From NCBI GenBank assembly GCA_002269645.1, contig NIVC01001156.1:1-64000 (forward strand): a DNA stretch of 64,000 nt, given 5' to 3'. A program made the translations under genes and the position numbers. Positions 12,542-25,173 of the stretch are shown in pieces. This DNA is from Macrostomum lignano. Lineage: Eukaryota. The first letter of the stretch is position 1. Every line of letters starts with the position of its first letter. The notes beneath the pieces are model-generated. The model made no database searches. It had not been told where the DNA came from and saw nothing but the letters and a program-made list of their open reading frames with translations.

Positions 12542-12816
12542 GGAGAACAACGGCCTGCGCCTCCCCGAGGTGACCTCCGGAGGACCGCAAGGCCCACACG
12601 AAATGCAGGCCAACAACGGGCCCTTCCCGACGCCCGGCACCGCAACGCAGTCTCTTCGCCGCCCAATTGGTATCTGGCGGTCACCCTGCCGATTAAATGC
12701 CGCGGCAGTTTTCGAGAACTACACCGCGGTGTTGAACTTCCTCAGGAAGGCGGGCGCCATCTGACGCCCGGTGCCATGGGCCCTAGCTCGAGAGCGCCCG
12801 AATGGAAGAAGAAGAA
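12542..12816 (+). mobile_element. 5'-truncated non-LTR retrotransposon 3' end with (GAA)n tail and 14-bp target-site duplication
   Basis: GATATCAAGGGTAA at 12528-12541 and 12817-12830. The GC-rich insert ends in an ORF tail (..VLNFLRKAGAI*), a short UTR and GAAGAAGAAGAA. Confidence 0.8.
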
Positions 12817-14362
12817 GATATCAAGGGTAATGCTTTTCACCTTTAAATATCGCAATATATCTCAGAGTTTTCTTCAAAAATTGTCTACTTATTTTATCGA
12901 ACTCTCGAACTCAAAAACAGTATATTGAGTGCTCTCTGCAGCTCTGAAATCTTAATCACAAGTACATGTACACTTTGAAAAGGTAAAAGGTAACGGGTGC
13001 ATTTACGCCCGCACCTCTGTTGAAAGCAGGATATTGAATTCTACTCTTTGCCAATAAATTCTCAGTTCTGGCTTAAATATTACTCACTTTTGGATAGTGA
13101 GTCTATGCTGTGAGGCGATTCGTTAGACAGTGATAATAAAAAAAACAATAAATTGCAGGAAGGCTGTGTTCGGCGATGTCATCCCACACCCAGTGCGCTG
13201 AGCCGATTGACTCCTGGGCACATGCAAGCGTGCCAATACTGTACGCAGTTACGCAGTCTTACACACGCTCACACAGAGTGTACTGCGGCCCAGCTGACTT
13301 TCTAACCGTCAGGCATGTACACTCTGTGTGCCTTGGGGGTTGGCCTTCATGGGTTTAAATCGCACGTGCACAAATCCCAAATGAATGTCCGCGCACGGAA
13401 TGGAACCAGGGGTTGCTGTGCGAGAGTCAGAGTCAGTGCGACTGCAGAGCTATCCCCCCTCTCCCTAAGACAAGGGTGTTACGTTGCTTTAGAACCGAGA
13501 CAGTCTGCTAGAAGATGGTGTTTTACTTTGGACAGTGAATTTACTCTACCGCTAAACTGAGCGTATAAAAACGAATCAAGCAAAATTACGAGTTGCCAAT
13601 TCGCGAGTGAAATTGCAAATCAGAAAGTTAATATAAATTAACAAAAGTTAATTACCGCGAGTTTATTTGATGGATTTGTAGAATTACGACTTTTTAACTT
13701 GTATTATTCGTCGTCAATGTAAAAGCGCAGAAAGTTTTGGTTTTACAATTACGCTCGTAGGTTTGCAAAGGCTTGCAAATCCTGAGCGTGTGCAAAGGGA
13801 AACACTTAAAATAAAAATAATAATAACACAGTATCATGCTTTACCAACTATATCAGTATATGATGACACAGAACTCTATCAACAGATTGTTTCCTTATAG
13901 TCGCTTCGACCCATTTTTGAAGCTAGTGTGTCCGACAGAAATCAACTTAAAAAGAAAGACATGTTTTTGTTTTTTTTGCCTTCCAAAAATCCAAAATAGC
14001 CTTCAGTATGTATGGAGTAAAAAATAATTGAGTAGATCAAAGCAAGCTTGATCTTTTAGAATACGAGTCAGCTTAGTTAAGTAAACAGATCAAGACTCTT
14101 CAACTTTGTAGTTGCCGCCGCCAACCTGAAAGTGGAATGATAATTACAATGCAAATCAATAAATATCAAATGGTTATCATATCAAATCATATGGCATAAT
14201 TCAGAACAATACATATAAACCATAAAAGGGACCTGAACTTAATTACAATTTTAAATTTAGACAAATTGCATGATTTCAAAATAAGACCTCTTTTGTCACC
14301 AAATCGATAATAACAGCAATTGCACAGGTAAACATAGTTGAATTTTAAAGAAGCTCAAGTGA

Positions 14363-14998
14363 TTAAATTGGTTTTATAATTACCTTCGGTTTGTTGGGGT
14401 TGTTTTCTAAAAGCCAATTAGCAAGCCAAGTGATGGGATCGTTTGGCTTTTTCTTGCAGAGTTCAGTCAGGCCCTTAAGAACAGTGGGATTAACGGTGCG
14501 AGCTAGGTAGGACTTGGCGGCCTCTCCAATCGGAATGGGCTCCACAATGCTGTCCGGAAAGAAAAAACGAATCTCCTTCTCAGCAGTCGTAAAGCTATCA
14601 CTTCCGTGTAGTGCATTCTGCTGATCGTCTGTGCCGTATTTTGCTCTCAAGCAGTCCGGATGAGTCTGTTTTGCAATCAGAGAGTTTGTAGGTCCAATGA
14701 GCTCTCGCCAGGAACTGATGGCTTGATCTTTGGCGAGAACCAACGCAACAACAGGTCCGCTACTCATGTACGTAATCAGACTTGGAAAGAACATCTTTCC
14801 GAAATGCTCCGCGTAGAATTCACTGGCTTGTTCGGGTGTCAGTTGAACCTTCCGCTTTTGTAGGACAGAAAATCCATAGCGAGTAATAACATCCTCAATC
14901 TCGTCAGCATGGTGGACCGCGTCAGGCTTTATGACTGCGAGCGTTCTTTCAACGTAAATCTGTGGCTTTGACATCTTATTTTCTCCTTCTTCAGGCAT
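14363..14998 (-). CDS. NME5: Nucleoside diphosphate kinase homolog 5 (NDK domain plus C-terminal Dpy-30 motif), intronless, 211 aa
   Basis: IYVERTLAVIKPDAV..FYAEHFGKMFFPSLITYMSSGPVVAL..LRAKYGTD..NALHGSDS..EIRFFFP, then PTVLKGLTELCKKKPNDPITWLANWLLENNPNKP (Dpy-30). Confidence 0.96.
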   Translation of the reverse strand: MPEEGENKMSKPQIYVERTLAVIKPDAVHHADEIEDVITRYGFSVLQKRKVQLTPEQASEFYAEHFGKMFFPSLITYMSSGPVVALVLAKDQAISSWRELIGPTNSLIAKQTHPDCLRAKYGTDDQQNALHGSDSFTTAEKEIRFFFPDSIVEPIPIGEAAKSYLARTVNPTVLKGLTELCKKKPNDPITWLANWLLENNPNKPKVIIKPI

Positions 14999-15854
14999 TT
15001 AGATCCGCAATTTTCTGTCCTTTAAGTTATAATAATAATATACAGATAATAATAGCTAATCGAGCCAACAACAAGGTTAAACTAATAAGAAAAAATATAA
15101 AGATTCATAAGGTCAAACTTTCGTAAGTATCTTGACAACACTATTGTATATATAAATAATGTTTATTTTCTAAAAAGATATCTTCAATTTTTTTGACTTG
15201 TAGAATTAAATAGCCTTTATAGTCAAGACTACAAAGTTTGCAGCTAATGTTTTGTTTAACTATTTAAAGAAAAAAGTTCCGATTGCATGATCAGATAATT
15301 TAATAAGAACTGGGCAAATGTTTGTCTGTAGCTCATGTATTAGGGCCGTGCATATTAAAGACGCTATACTTTGGGATTTATCTAGTACCTGTAAATTTCA
15401 CTTAGATGCAAATTAACCTATGAACAAGAAAACGAGTATCAAGATTGAGCAAGTAAAAGTATTGTTCTTAACTTGACCATCGTCTTTTATTAATCTAAAT
15501 TTGGGTAATTTAATACGTTAAACATAGGCAACATGGATCGCAATTGATAGGCTGATAGAATCAATTAGGAACATAGTCTGCGAACTCAATAGAGGCTGAA
15601 TTTTTTTTAGATCCTACACACAACACCGTCCTTACTCTGCAAAACTGCAAAACAACGAAAACAAAAATATAACGATAATAATTTGCGCTGATTTAAGTGA
15701 CATAGGCTAAGCATGGAATGTTGCAATCGTGACTCACTGCACTGTACCTAGGCAGTCGAAAGGCCTAATGTTCCATTGTCATATACTATTTAGATTGGTT
15801 GCTTGAATTTTAATAGGCCTAGACCTAACTCATTGTTTGTTTGCGATTGAAAGC

Positions 15855-18800
15855 ATGTCTTCTACAAACCCTAACAAGTTATATCAAAAGTTGTTTACTG
15901 GGCTCAAAAAGAAATTCTGTTGCAATGAAGTAGACAATTTGCTTGAATATAGTCGTAAAAGAATCGATAAGAATGATAACAAAAATATAGTGCGTTTTGT
16001 CTGTATATCTGATATTCACACACCTAGCAGGATAAGAAAAGAAAGGTAAGCCACCATGCTGATGCTACTATAATTCCAAAAAGCTTAAAGGGTGTTTCAA
16101 AAGTAATAAGAATTTTAATTTTGTAACTTTTGTCTTGAATATCAATAAGCCTAAGTTAACTTAACTTAAAGTTTTCATCTAGGCCTAGTAATTTAGCAGA
16201 TTTAGGTTATACTAACATATAGCTTTGCCTTTGGTTTTCAATTTATTAGCCTAACCTATATAGGCCCCTATCATATATAGGCTACATGTACTAGTGATAT
16301 TATTATACATTAAAGCCTAGTAGGCCTAGAGATTTTCAAGGAAATATTTTTTACAACATACAAATTTATTTATCTATTTATATATTTTATATATTAAACT
16401 ACTTTAGGACCAATAAAATTAAAACACATTGGATTGAAGAATGCATTTGATGAAGAATTGAACTGGGACTGTTAGAGTCTTAGCCGCAGGGCCAAATATA
16501 CTATATACTATATAGAACTTTTAGCTAAGCTAGGATAAAGCTTATTAGACAACTAGAAGTTCTTAACTTGTTTATTTACTAGGTGGATAGGCCTAACTTC
16601 ATCTTAGTTATATTAGATTTTATATGTTGAAATTAATTTTTTAGCTTTTTTAATAAATCAAGTTGTATTTTGTGTTTCAGGCCTTATATTTTATTTTAGT
16701 ATTATATTTTAGCTAAAATATATTCAAACTTAATTATATAATAAAATTATAATCAACAAGAACCTTAGGTTAGGGCTTGACAAACTCTGGCCCATATGCT
16801 ACAACAACAACAACAACAAAGTACACTGGATAGTCTCTAGTGTCACAGGGTGTCTCAAGGCTTTGTCTCTCGCGGGTTATTGTACAAACATAGGCCGCTC
16901 TGCTGCCCTGGGGCGCTTGCATCAGCTAGCAGGCAGTCGATGAAATGCTGAGTGCGCGCCTATCCTTGCCAGTAGGGTGCCTGCAGTGTGAGCAGCAGCA
17001 CCTCCTGCACTGGCTGTGGGCAGTACAACTCGGTGCAGATGATATGACCTGCCAGCTGGAGTCGCCAACGGCGCAGCAGGTCACTTGGACGGGCCAGGCC
17101 AGCGCGGCAGTAGAGTGCCGCATTGGTGACTTGCTCATTGCTGATCTTGAAGGCAGCATGCAGCAGGCCAGCGTGTGCCGCATCGACTTGATGTTCGAGC
17201 GAGTCTGTCAGTGTCCAGGTCTCGGCATTGTAAAGCAGGATGGTTTCGACTACCGCCTGGAACAATGCCGCCCTCTGGCAGTCCAGAAGGGCCTCAGACT
17301 GCAGGACTGCCCTCACAGAGCGGAAGGGATCCCAGGCAAGCCTGCAGCGATGACGCAGATCCTCACGTACGTTGGGGACCAGACCACCGAGGTAGACAAA
17401 CTGCTGACATTGCGGAAGTTCCGTTGCCTGTCCGTCAGTGCCTCGGCATAGGATAGCAGCCTCGATGTCGTCCGGCATGCACAGCATGACGGTCTTCTGC
17501 ACGTTGATCATCAGGCCGACACTCGCCGCAACAGCAACCAGTCGATCAAGCTGTCGCTGGGCGCCCTCAACGGTAGAGGACAGCAGGGCGAGATCGTCGG
17601 CGTAACCAAGCACGCTGAGTCGCCTCTGCGGTTGAAGTCGACCCACGCGTCGCCGCAGCAGGAAGCCATCGTCGTTGGAGGGAAGTGCAGTCTGCAGCAC
17701 TTAGTCAAGCACCAGCACGAACAAGAACGGCGCTAGCGTATCTCTTTGAAGAACCCCCGAGGAAGTCTCGAAGAAATCCGATAGGCCGTCCGGCGTTGTC
17801 ACAGCAGCTTTCGTGTCGCGGTACATCGCCATGATGGCGGAAACCAGCTGCTCTGGCACGTTGTACGCACGGAGCACCATTGGGAGCGCAGCCCTGACAA
17901 CCGAGTCGAACGCCTTCTTGAAATCAACAAAGATGACAATCAGGATCGACTGGCGTCCGCGCCTCCTCGATGACTCGGTGAAGAGCCAGGATCTGCGTCA
18001 CTGTGCTGCGATGGGGTCGGAAGCAGTTCTGCTCTGGGCGCAGGCACGGATCCAGCACCGGCTGTAACCGCGATAACAGCAGGCGGTTGAACAGCTTCGC
18101 AGCGCAGGACTGAAAGCAGATGCCTCGATGCTCTTCAAGCCTCGTGGTGCCCGGCTTCTTAGGAACTGCGACGATGTGTGCCGTGGTCCATTCGTTGAAC
18201 GCCGCCTCAACGGAAAGCACTCGATTCATCAATCTGGCGACCTCACTGGCCACACAGTGGATGCGCAGTGCTTCGATGGGCACCTCGTCCGGACCCAGCG
18301 CCTTGCCGCCCGGTGACACTGACAGCTGGGCGAGCTTCACAACGTCGGCTGTGCTGACTGGGGCTACACTGAAACTCTCCTCTGCCGGCAACGGCGTCTA
18401 CGGCGGCAGCGTCAGGTTATCCAGCAGCAGGGGTGGCGGCGCGTTGACGATGGCGGCGAAAAACTCACGAAGCTCATTTCTGCGCTCATCCGCAGTGTCG
18501 CCTGCCAGGTTTAGCGCCAAGCGCCGTTTTCGTCCCGTCAGAGCATTGATGGCAGACCAGGCCACGCGCCCTCTGGCATCGGGCCCAGCAGCAGAGACGG
18601 CCTGAATAGCGTCGTCGACAGCGGCCTGCTGGCGCTTGAGATAGATAGCCGCCAGTACATTCTCTGCTTCGCGGGTTGGCTGTCTGCTCAGACGGAGCCT
18701 CTCCACCTCCTCCTTCGCTTGCCGAATCTCGGGGTCGTCCTGCCAGACCGGCTGCCCGCGCTGGGCCGGTTGCATCAGCGGGACTGCTTGCTCTGCGGCG

Positions 18801-21800
18801 GCCCGAACTGCAGCGCACATATCCGCGTACTCAGCACCTCCACGCTTGCCGCCAAGCGCAGTGATGAAAGCGCTGGCAAAGCGGCGATGCGTGTTGGCGT
18901 CCCTCGGCGCGCGGTAGTAGCGCCGCGGTGGCCGCTTCGGCGGACGGTAGAGCTGATCGCGAAGTCGAAGTTTGCATATAAGCAGACGGTGATCGGACCG
19001 CAGAGCCAGCGGCGTGATGGCGCGGCAGTTGGCGGCGCGACGGTGCTCACGAAAGCGCAATAGCACGTGGTCGAGCTGTGCCTGCCTTCGTGTTGCGTTC
19101 CGCCTGCGCGCGTTCCGCCGCCCCTCTTGCAGCCCACGAAAGTCGCGAGCCCGCCCGTTGACTTGCGGAAGCGGGTGTTGGCCGACACCATGTCCTGCCT
19201 CTCCAGGAAGTCCTCCAGCGCTCCGGTGTTGCCGTTCTTGCGCGGTGTCACGAACAGCGACCGCTCGGACCTACGCAGGACCGCGTTCAGGTCTCCGAGA
19301 ACAGCCACTGTGTCACGCTGCGCCATAGCCTCCACCTGCACCGAGAGCTGCTCAAAGAAGGTCTGAGCCTCATCAGGGGGGGGGGTGGCAAGGGGCGCGT
19401 ACGCGCAGAACAGGCGAGCGTTCCGGCCGCGAAGCCGAACGTCGACCCGAAGCAGCCGAGGGGACAGGGAGATGCAGTGACAGCTCTGCTGCAGCCTCGG
19501 TCCGATCAGCACTCCAACTCCTCCACGACCTCGTTCGTCCGCCGATGTGTAGTGAAGCGTCCACCCGGCGCCCAAGTCCTCACATTAAAGTCCCGGGTCG
19601 GCCTTGATGGACACCTCCTGCAGAGCAATGACGTCACAGCTAAGGTCGAGCGCTAGCTTCGCTCGATGCTGTTGAGCCTCACGGTCCCCGGCGCCACCCG
19701 GAAGATCCGTCTGGACCAATGCAGAAGCAGCTTGGCGGGCGGCTCCACGCCGTCGGCCTCGCCGGTTTCGCTCACGTCGACGCTCAACACGCCAGCGTTT
19801 GCTCCGCTGCCCCCGTTTAGTCCTGCCGCTGTTGGCCGCCGCAGCAGTTGGGCGCGGCTCTCCGCTCAGACCACTTGGAGGTCGCGACATTTATCTGTCT
19901 GCACCAAGGTGCAAATAAATTAGGACTGCAAATAAATTAGGACCATGCCACATATGGTCTATGAAGCCTCTCAATCTGGCCCTCAGGTCCTTTAAAACTT
20001 TGCAATAGCAATCTAGCCTGCTTAAGGTTTGTGTCTTCTTTTGCAGTTCTTCTCTCTCCCCTTACCTTTCTCCCCATGTCTCCTTTTCTATCTCGCCTCA
20101 TCTTTCTCTCCTCTCTTCATATCTCTCCTCTCACCTCTCTTTGCTTTCCTCCTTTTTCCTTGTCTCTTCTCTCCCCTCCCTCCCTTCTCTACTCTCCCAT
20201 TTTCTGTCATCTTACCTAATAATACTTTGTCCTTTCTACTTTACTCTTTCATTTTCTTTCCATTGCCTGCAGCCATGAGCTGTATTTTCTATCTGGCCCT
20301 TGAGGTAGAAACTTTTCCAACCCCTGCCTTGGGTATATAATTCATCAAGTTTATCCAAAGAAATCTAATCCCACATAATATGATGAAATAATTGATGGTA
20401 AATTTATATCAAAATCTTAGATGAAAAAATATTAGGTCTAGTCAGCTAATTACCCAAATATTATCCAAGTTTAGTATAATAAACAAACCTATGCTTATTT
20501 AGAATTCATTAAGTGCAAAGAAAACATATAGAAAGTCTATATAAATTAACAATACATCTCTAGGCAAGCAGTGTAAAATATACATTGTTTATCATTAGCC
20601 TTGTTATGCCTGTGGTAAGCAACTGCCCAATAAGATAGAGTTGATGAAAAGGATGTTAAACTTTTGATTATTAAAAATCAATCAAAATTTAAGATTTTGT
20701 AAGAACGAGATTAACTTTGCCAAATCGACCTGCTGGTCACTTTCACGTTCCTCTAATTTACATTCCTCTATTCAATTCCCACTCAACCTAGGATCCCGTG
20801 GCAGTTCCCTCAGGGCGACGTGCTGCTGCTGGCTGGCGACCTCACCATGCGCGGATCCGCCAGGGAGGTGAGCCAGGTGGTTGACTGGCTGCGCGACACC
20901 CCCTACTCTCACCGGGTGGTCATCGCTGGCAATCACGATTTCTGTCTGGACCCGCAAGATGATGACTACTCGCCTGAGGCTGAGGCGGCTCTGCAGCGCG
21001 AGTGTATTTACCTAAGAGATTCCAGTGTTGTCCTGTTTGACAGCGTCAAGATTTATGGCTCACCTGTGACACCAGAGTTTCACAGCATGGCCTTCAATGT
21101 GGCCAGGGGCAGCGACATTGAACAGGTGAGCGCTTTTGGGACTGTACAATGCAATAAAAGGGTTGTCATGTAAAATGGGTGCCAGCATTAGCTGGGGTAA
21201 TTAAGGGTGTGTGGCTACCTCCCAGTCCTTGGACTGAACAGCCATACGCAGCCTTCAGATGCGCTGCGCAATAGCTGCGGCTGAGCTGTCGGTGCACATC
21301 TGGCCCAATTGAACCAGATGTAATCAAATATTATTAATGTTTTTTAAACCTTTTATACCGTTGCTTACCTGTACGAGCGAATTACCGCCAAAAACAAGAA
21401 ACACTATTTGTTATAACCGATTATTAAAACTAATACATGATTCGCTGAGCATACGGCATCGTTAGGTAACACTTGAGAGCATAGGAAAGTGGAGCAGAAC
21501 TGAGAGAGTCAATGAGTCAGACCAATTTATAGATCCGGCCGGCTGGCAAGGGGCCCAGCCAAAGTAAGTCCCAAAGATTCACACTCGGAAAATAGACATA
21601 GTACTAGTTAGATGACGAGTCATTTAGTCTCAATTATACAGTCACAAGCTGTTGAAACCCGCGGATTTTGAACCCGGGGAATTCCAATCCCCGGAACTAC
21701 TTTTGCATGTATTCTGAAATCTAAGGCCATACACAAACAAAAACTTGTTAATAGTTAGTAGGATAGAGGTAGACATAAAATGGAGGAGCTCACATTCGTG

Positions 21801-22608
21801 TAAAATTAGGGTTTGAGACATTGTTGGCTGGGGTACTGCGCAGAATGTCAGGCAATGTCTGTCTGACTAAAACATATATTGCTAAACTCTGGTCTCTCCC
21901 TGACTCTCCCTACGTCCCTTGGATCCTTTAAAATTTCTATCGTCTCTTTGTTTCCTCTCATCTCTCTCGTCCCTCGTCTCTCCTCTCTCCTCTCTCCTCT
22001 CCCCCTCTTCTCTCGTATCTTTCCTCATCTCTCTTCTCTTTCATCCCTCTTATCTCATCTCTTGTCTCTTCTTTTCTCTCTCCTCTCCTCTCTCCTCTCC
22101 TCTCTCTTCTCTCCTCTCTTCTCTCGTATCTTCCCTCATCTCTCTTCTCTTTCATCCCTCTTATCTCATCTCTTGTCTCTTCTTTTCTCTCTCCTCTCCT
22201 CTCCTCTCTCCTCTCTCCCCCTCTCCTCTCTCCTCTCACCCCCTCTTCTCTCTTATCTGCCTTCTCCTTTCTATTCTTTTCTCTCTTCTCTTAACTCTCT
22301 CCTCTACTCTCTCATCTCTCCCCTCTTCTCTCGTATCTTCCCTCACCTCTCTTCTCTTTCATCTCTCTTATCTCATCTCTTGTCTCTTCGTTTCTCTCTC
22401 ATCTCCTTTCTCCTCTCTACTTTTTCGTTTTCTCTCTCCTCTCCTCTCTCCTCTCTCCCCCTCTCCTCTCTCCTCTACTCTCTCATCTCTCCCCTCTCCC
22501 CTCTTCTCTCGTCTCTTCCCTCACCTCTTTTCTCTCTCGTCTTTGCTCTCTCATCATACCTTTCTCTTCTTTTATCTTTTATCTCTTATCTCTTCTCATT
22601 TCTCTCTG

Positions 22609-22680
<72 letters not shown>

Positions 22681-25173
22681 GTCTTTCTCTCTTATCTCTC
22701 CTCCTCTCTCTACTCTCTCCCCTCTCCATTCTCCTCTTTCCTCTCCTCTCTCCTCACTCACTTCTCTACCTTTGTCTCTCCTCTCTCCTCACTCACTTCT
22801 CTACCTTTGTCTCTCCTCTCTCCTCTCGTCTCTGTAACCTCTCCTCTGTTCTCTCTACTCTCCCATCTTTTATCTGTTCACTCTCGTCTCTGCTCTCTCA
22901 TCCCCCTCTTTAATCTGGCATCTCTGTCTTATATGTTCTCTCACCTCTCTCCTCTGTACTCTTTTCTTTCCCCTCTTTTGACTCCTCACTTTCCTTTCTA
23001 CTTTCTTCTTTTCTCTTCTCTTCCCTTTTCTATACTCTGTCTCCCTCTCTTCTCTCACTCCACTCTCCTCTCTCCTTTATCTCTCATCTCTCATTTCTCA
23101 TCTCTCCTTCCACCTCTCTCATCTCTACAACCTTAGAGATGTAGAGATGTATCTTTATCTCTTCTCTCTTCCCTTTACTCTCTCATCTCTTTTTTCACCT
23201 GTTTCCTCTCTGCTGTCTCCTCTCTCCTCTCATCTGCAGCTCTCTGCTCTCTCATCTCTACTCTCTGCTCTCGCTTTTCCTCTCTCCCCTCTTCTCCCCC
23301 TCTCTCTCATCGTCCTCACCCCCTCATCTCTCCTATTATCTTTTATCTTTTCTTTTTATCCCCTCTGTCGCCTCTCCTCTCTTCGAATCGTCTATTCCTT
23401 CTTCTTTCCACTTTCATCTGCCCCTCAGCTATGAGCTGGATTCTTTATCTGGCCTTTGAGATAAAAATCTGCTGATCCCTGCTTCGAAAGCCAGTTTGTG
23501 GGACGTAGTACTATCATGGTTGTTATCATTTCTCATGCTTTAATCACGTCATCTTTCTGGCCAATTAGCAGCCCTGAGAGAAATTTGTGTATCTCCAGCT
23601 CCACCACCACAGTCTGCAGCAGTCTAACAACCATGGAAATACGCATTTCTTAGGAGGCCAGTTAAATTTTAAAGTACCTTATGCGAATCTTAATGTTAAA
23701 ATTTTCATGGTGTAACCAATTTAGTAGGATTGCATTGTAATCAGTTACTCATTAATTTTTAGATATTTTTATAAACCATCCCACATCGCCTTGATTTGCC
23801 ATCCTTGTTTAACTGCATGCTGCGACTTATTTATACAGAGGACAGTAGTTTGAATCTCCCGCTAAACTCTCTCCTCTCAACGCCTCTCCACTCGCGGGGG
23901 TACAGAGAAGGCTATTAAAAAGTTATTCCAAAACACTGTACACTCGCTATGTACATTGAGCCCCATCGCCTGACCCTTCGTCTGGGGGAATGAGTGAGTG
24001 AGAGGCACAAACAACAGAAAAAGCAGACAAACTTCACATGCTTACAGTTTCTTTTTCGGTTGAGTTACAGAGTTGAAACTTTACATTTAGATAGAGAATG
24101 GGTCAATGAAGAATTGTGTCAAGTTTGAAGTCAATCGCTTTACGTGGAGCAAACTTATGGCAGCTGAAAGTTAGTCATTTTAAAACCCATTTACACCCTT
24201 TGCCCAGATCGGGAAAGAGGCAGGCGGGCGGAGGTTGGGGTGGCTGTCTCGCTGAAAAAACAGCCAAACTTTAAAAGTGCACAGCGCCGTTCAGGATTAA
24301 CTTTGAGACTCGAAATTTTACACGATTGTGTCAAAATAGTTGAAAATTGATTGTGTCAAATTTGAAGAGGATCGGTAGAAGTGGAGCGGCGCTAAGGAGG
24401 CTTTAGTAAAAAAATCGCGCATTTTGAGCAGTTTTTTGCACTTTTAGGTAGGAAGACTCAAATTTAGGAAATTTAAAGGTAGCCTAAGACATTCTCCGTA
24501 GTGAGTTTAGGGTGGGTGTAAAATTTGGTGTCATTTGGTTGAGCGGTTTGGGAGTCCATAGCGATCAAAATTGTCCACACACAGACAGACAGACACACAC
24601 ACACACAGAGTTTTGATTTTTATAGGTAGAGAAGATAGTTACTCCTGCTGTGTACCCTAAATCTCACGTTAATTTTGTTTGTTTTTTCATGGGTAAGTCG
24701 CATTTTTATCAAAAAGTAAGCCGCACGGCTGTTGTAAATCTGGGGTTTGCGCAAGGCTCCCAAGATAGACAATTGGCCGTGCTGTTTCATGCGATCGATG
24801 ATTTATGAATTGCTCTGGCTCGGCCCCACAGGTTTGGTCTAGCATCCCGGAGGACACGGACATCCTGCTCACCCACGGGCCGCCGCTGGGCCATGGCGAC
24901 CTCGTGTACAACGGCATTCGGGCGGGCTGCGCTGACCTACTGAAGCGGGTGAGCCAGGTGAGGCCAGCCTATCACGTGTTCGGCCACATTCACGAGGCCT
25001 ACGGCGTCACTACGGACGGCTACACAGCGTTTGTGAATGCGGCCTGCTGCAACCTGCGCTACTTCCTGGAGCACCAGCCGCTGGTGTTCGAGTTCGCCGT
25101 TGTGGAGCCGCAACAGCGACAGCAGGCGTCTCTGGATGAGCAGCTCGAGTCCGGCCTGTCTTTGGGGAACTAG
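15855..25173 (+). CDS. MPPED2: MPPED1/MPPED2-like calcineurin-like metallophosphoesterase, 3 exons, 288 aa
   Basis: Exons 15855-16045 (VRFVCISDIH), 20792-21125 (GDVLLLAGDLT..VIAGNHD..KIYGSP), 24832-25173 (TDILLTHGPPLG..HVFGHIHEAYG). GT-AG with matching phases; all five metal-binding motifs present. Paralog assignment (1 vs 2) not determinable. Confidence 0.92.
16801..19890 (-). mobile_element. Near full-length degraded RTE-clade LINE (APE endonuclease plus reverse transcriptase) in MPPED intron 1, antisense to host
   Basis: EEP motifs (DVIALQEV, VLGDLNA, MVSANTRF) and RT motifs (KALGPDEVP, QNCFRPHRST, GVLQRDTLAPFLF, GYADD, RLQLAGH). (TTG)n 3' tail at 16801-16818. Several stops and frameshifts. 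Confidence 0.93.
20030..20275. repeat. CT-rich low-complexity tract
   Basis: Pyrimidine-rich degenerate sequence read directly. Confidence 0.8.
21885..23420. repeat. Long CT-rich low-complexity region with internal duplications and pure (TC)n, in MPPED intron 2
   Basis: Block TCTCGTATCTTYCCTCAYCTCTCTTCTCTTTCATC recurs; pure (TC)n at about 22612-22675. ORFs here are S/L-rich artefacts. Confidence 0.9.
24020..24640. mobile_element. Possible Helentron-associated (DINE-1/HINE-like) non-autonomous element
   Basis: Recurrent TGTGTCAA(G/A)TTTGAAG..ATCG-like subunits and a (GACA)n(CA)n microsatellite followed by TTTTGATTTTTATAG near the end. Resemblance from memory only; ends not defined. Confidence 0.4.

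Noticed and set aside
15488-15503. X-box in the NME5 upstream region (GTTAAACATAGGCAAC)
   Set aside because: Only one half-site (GGCAAC) fits the consensus.
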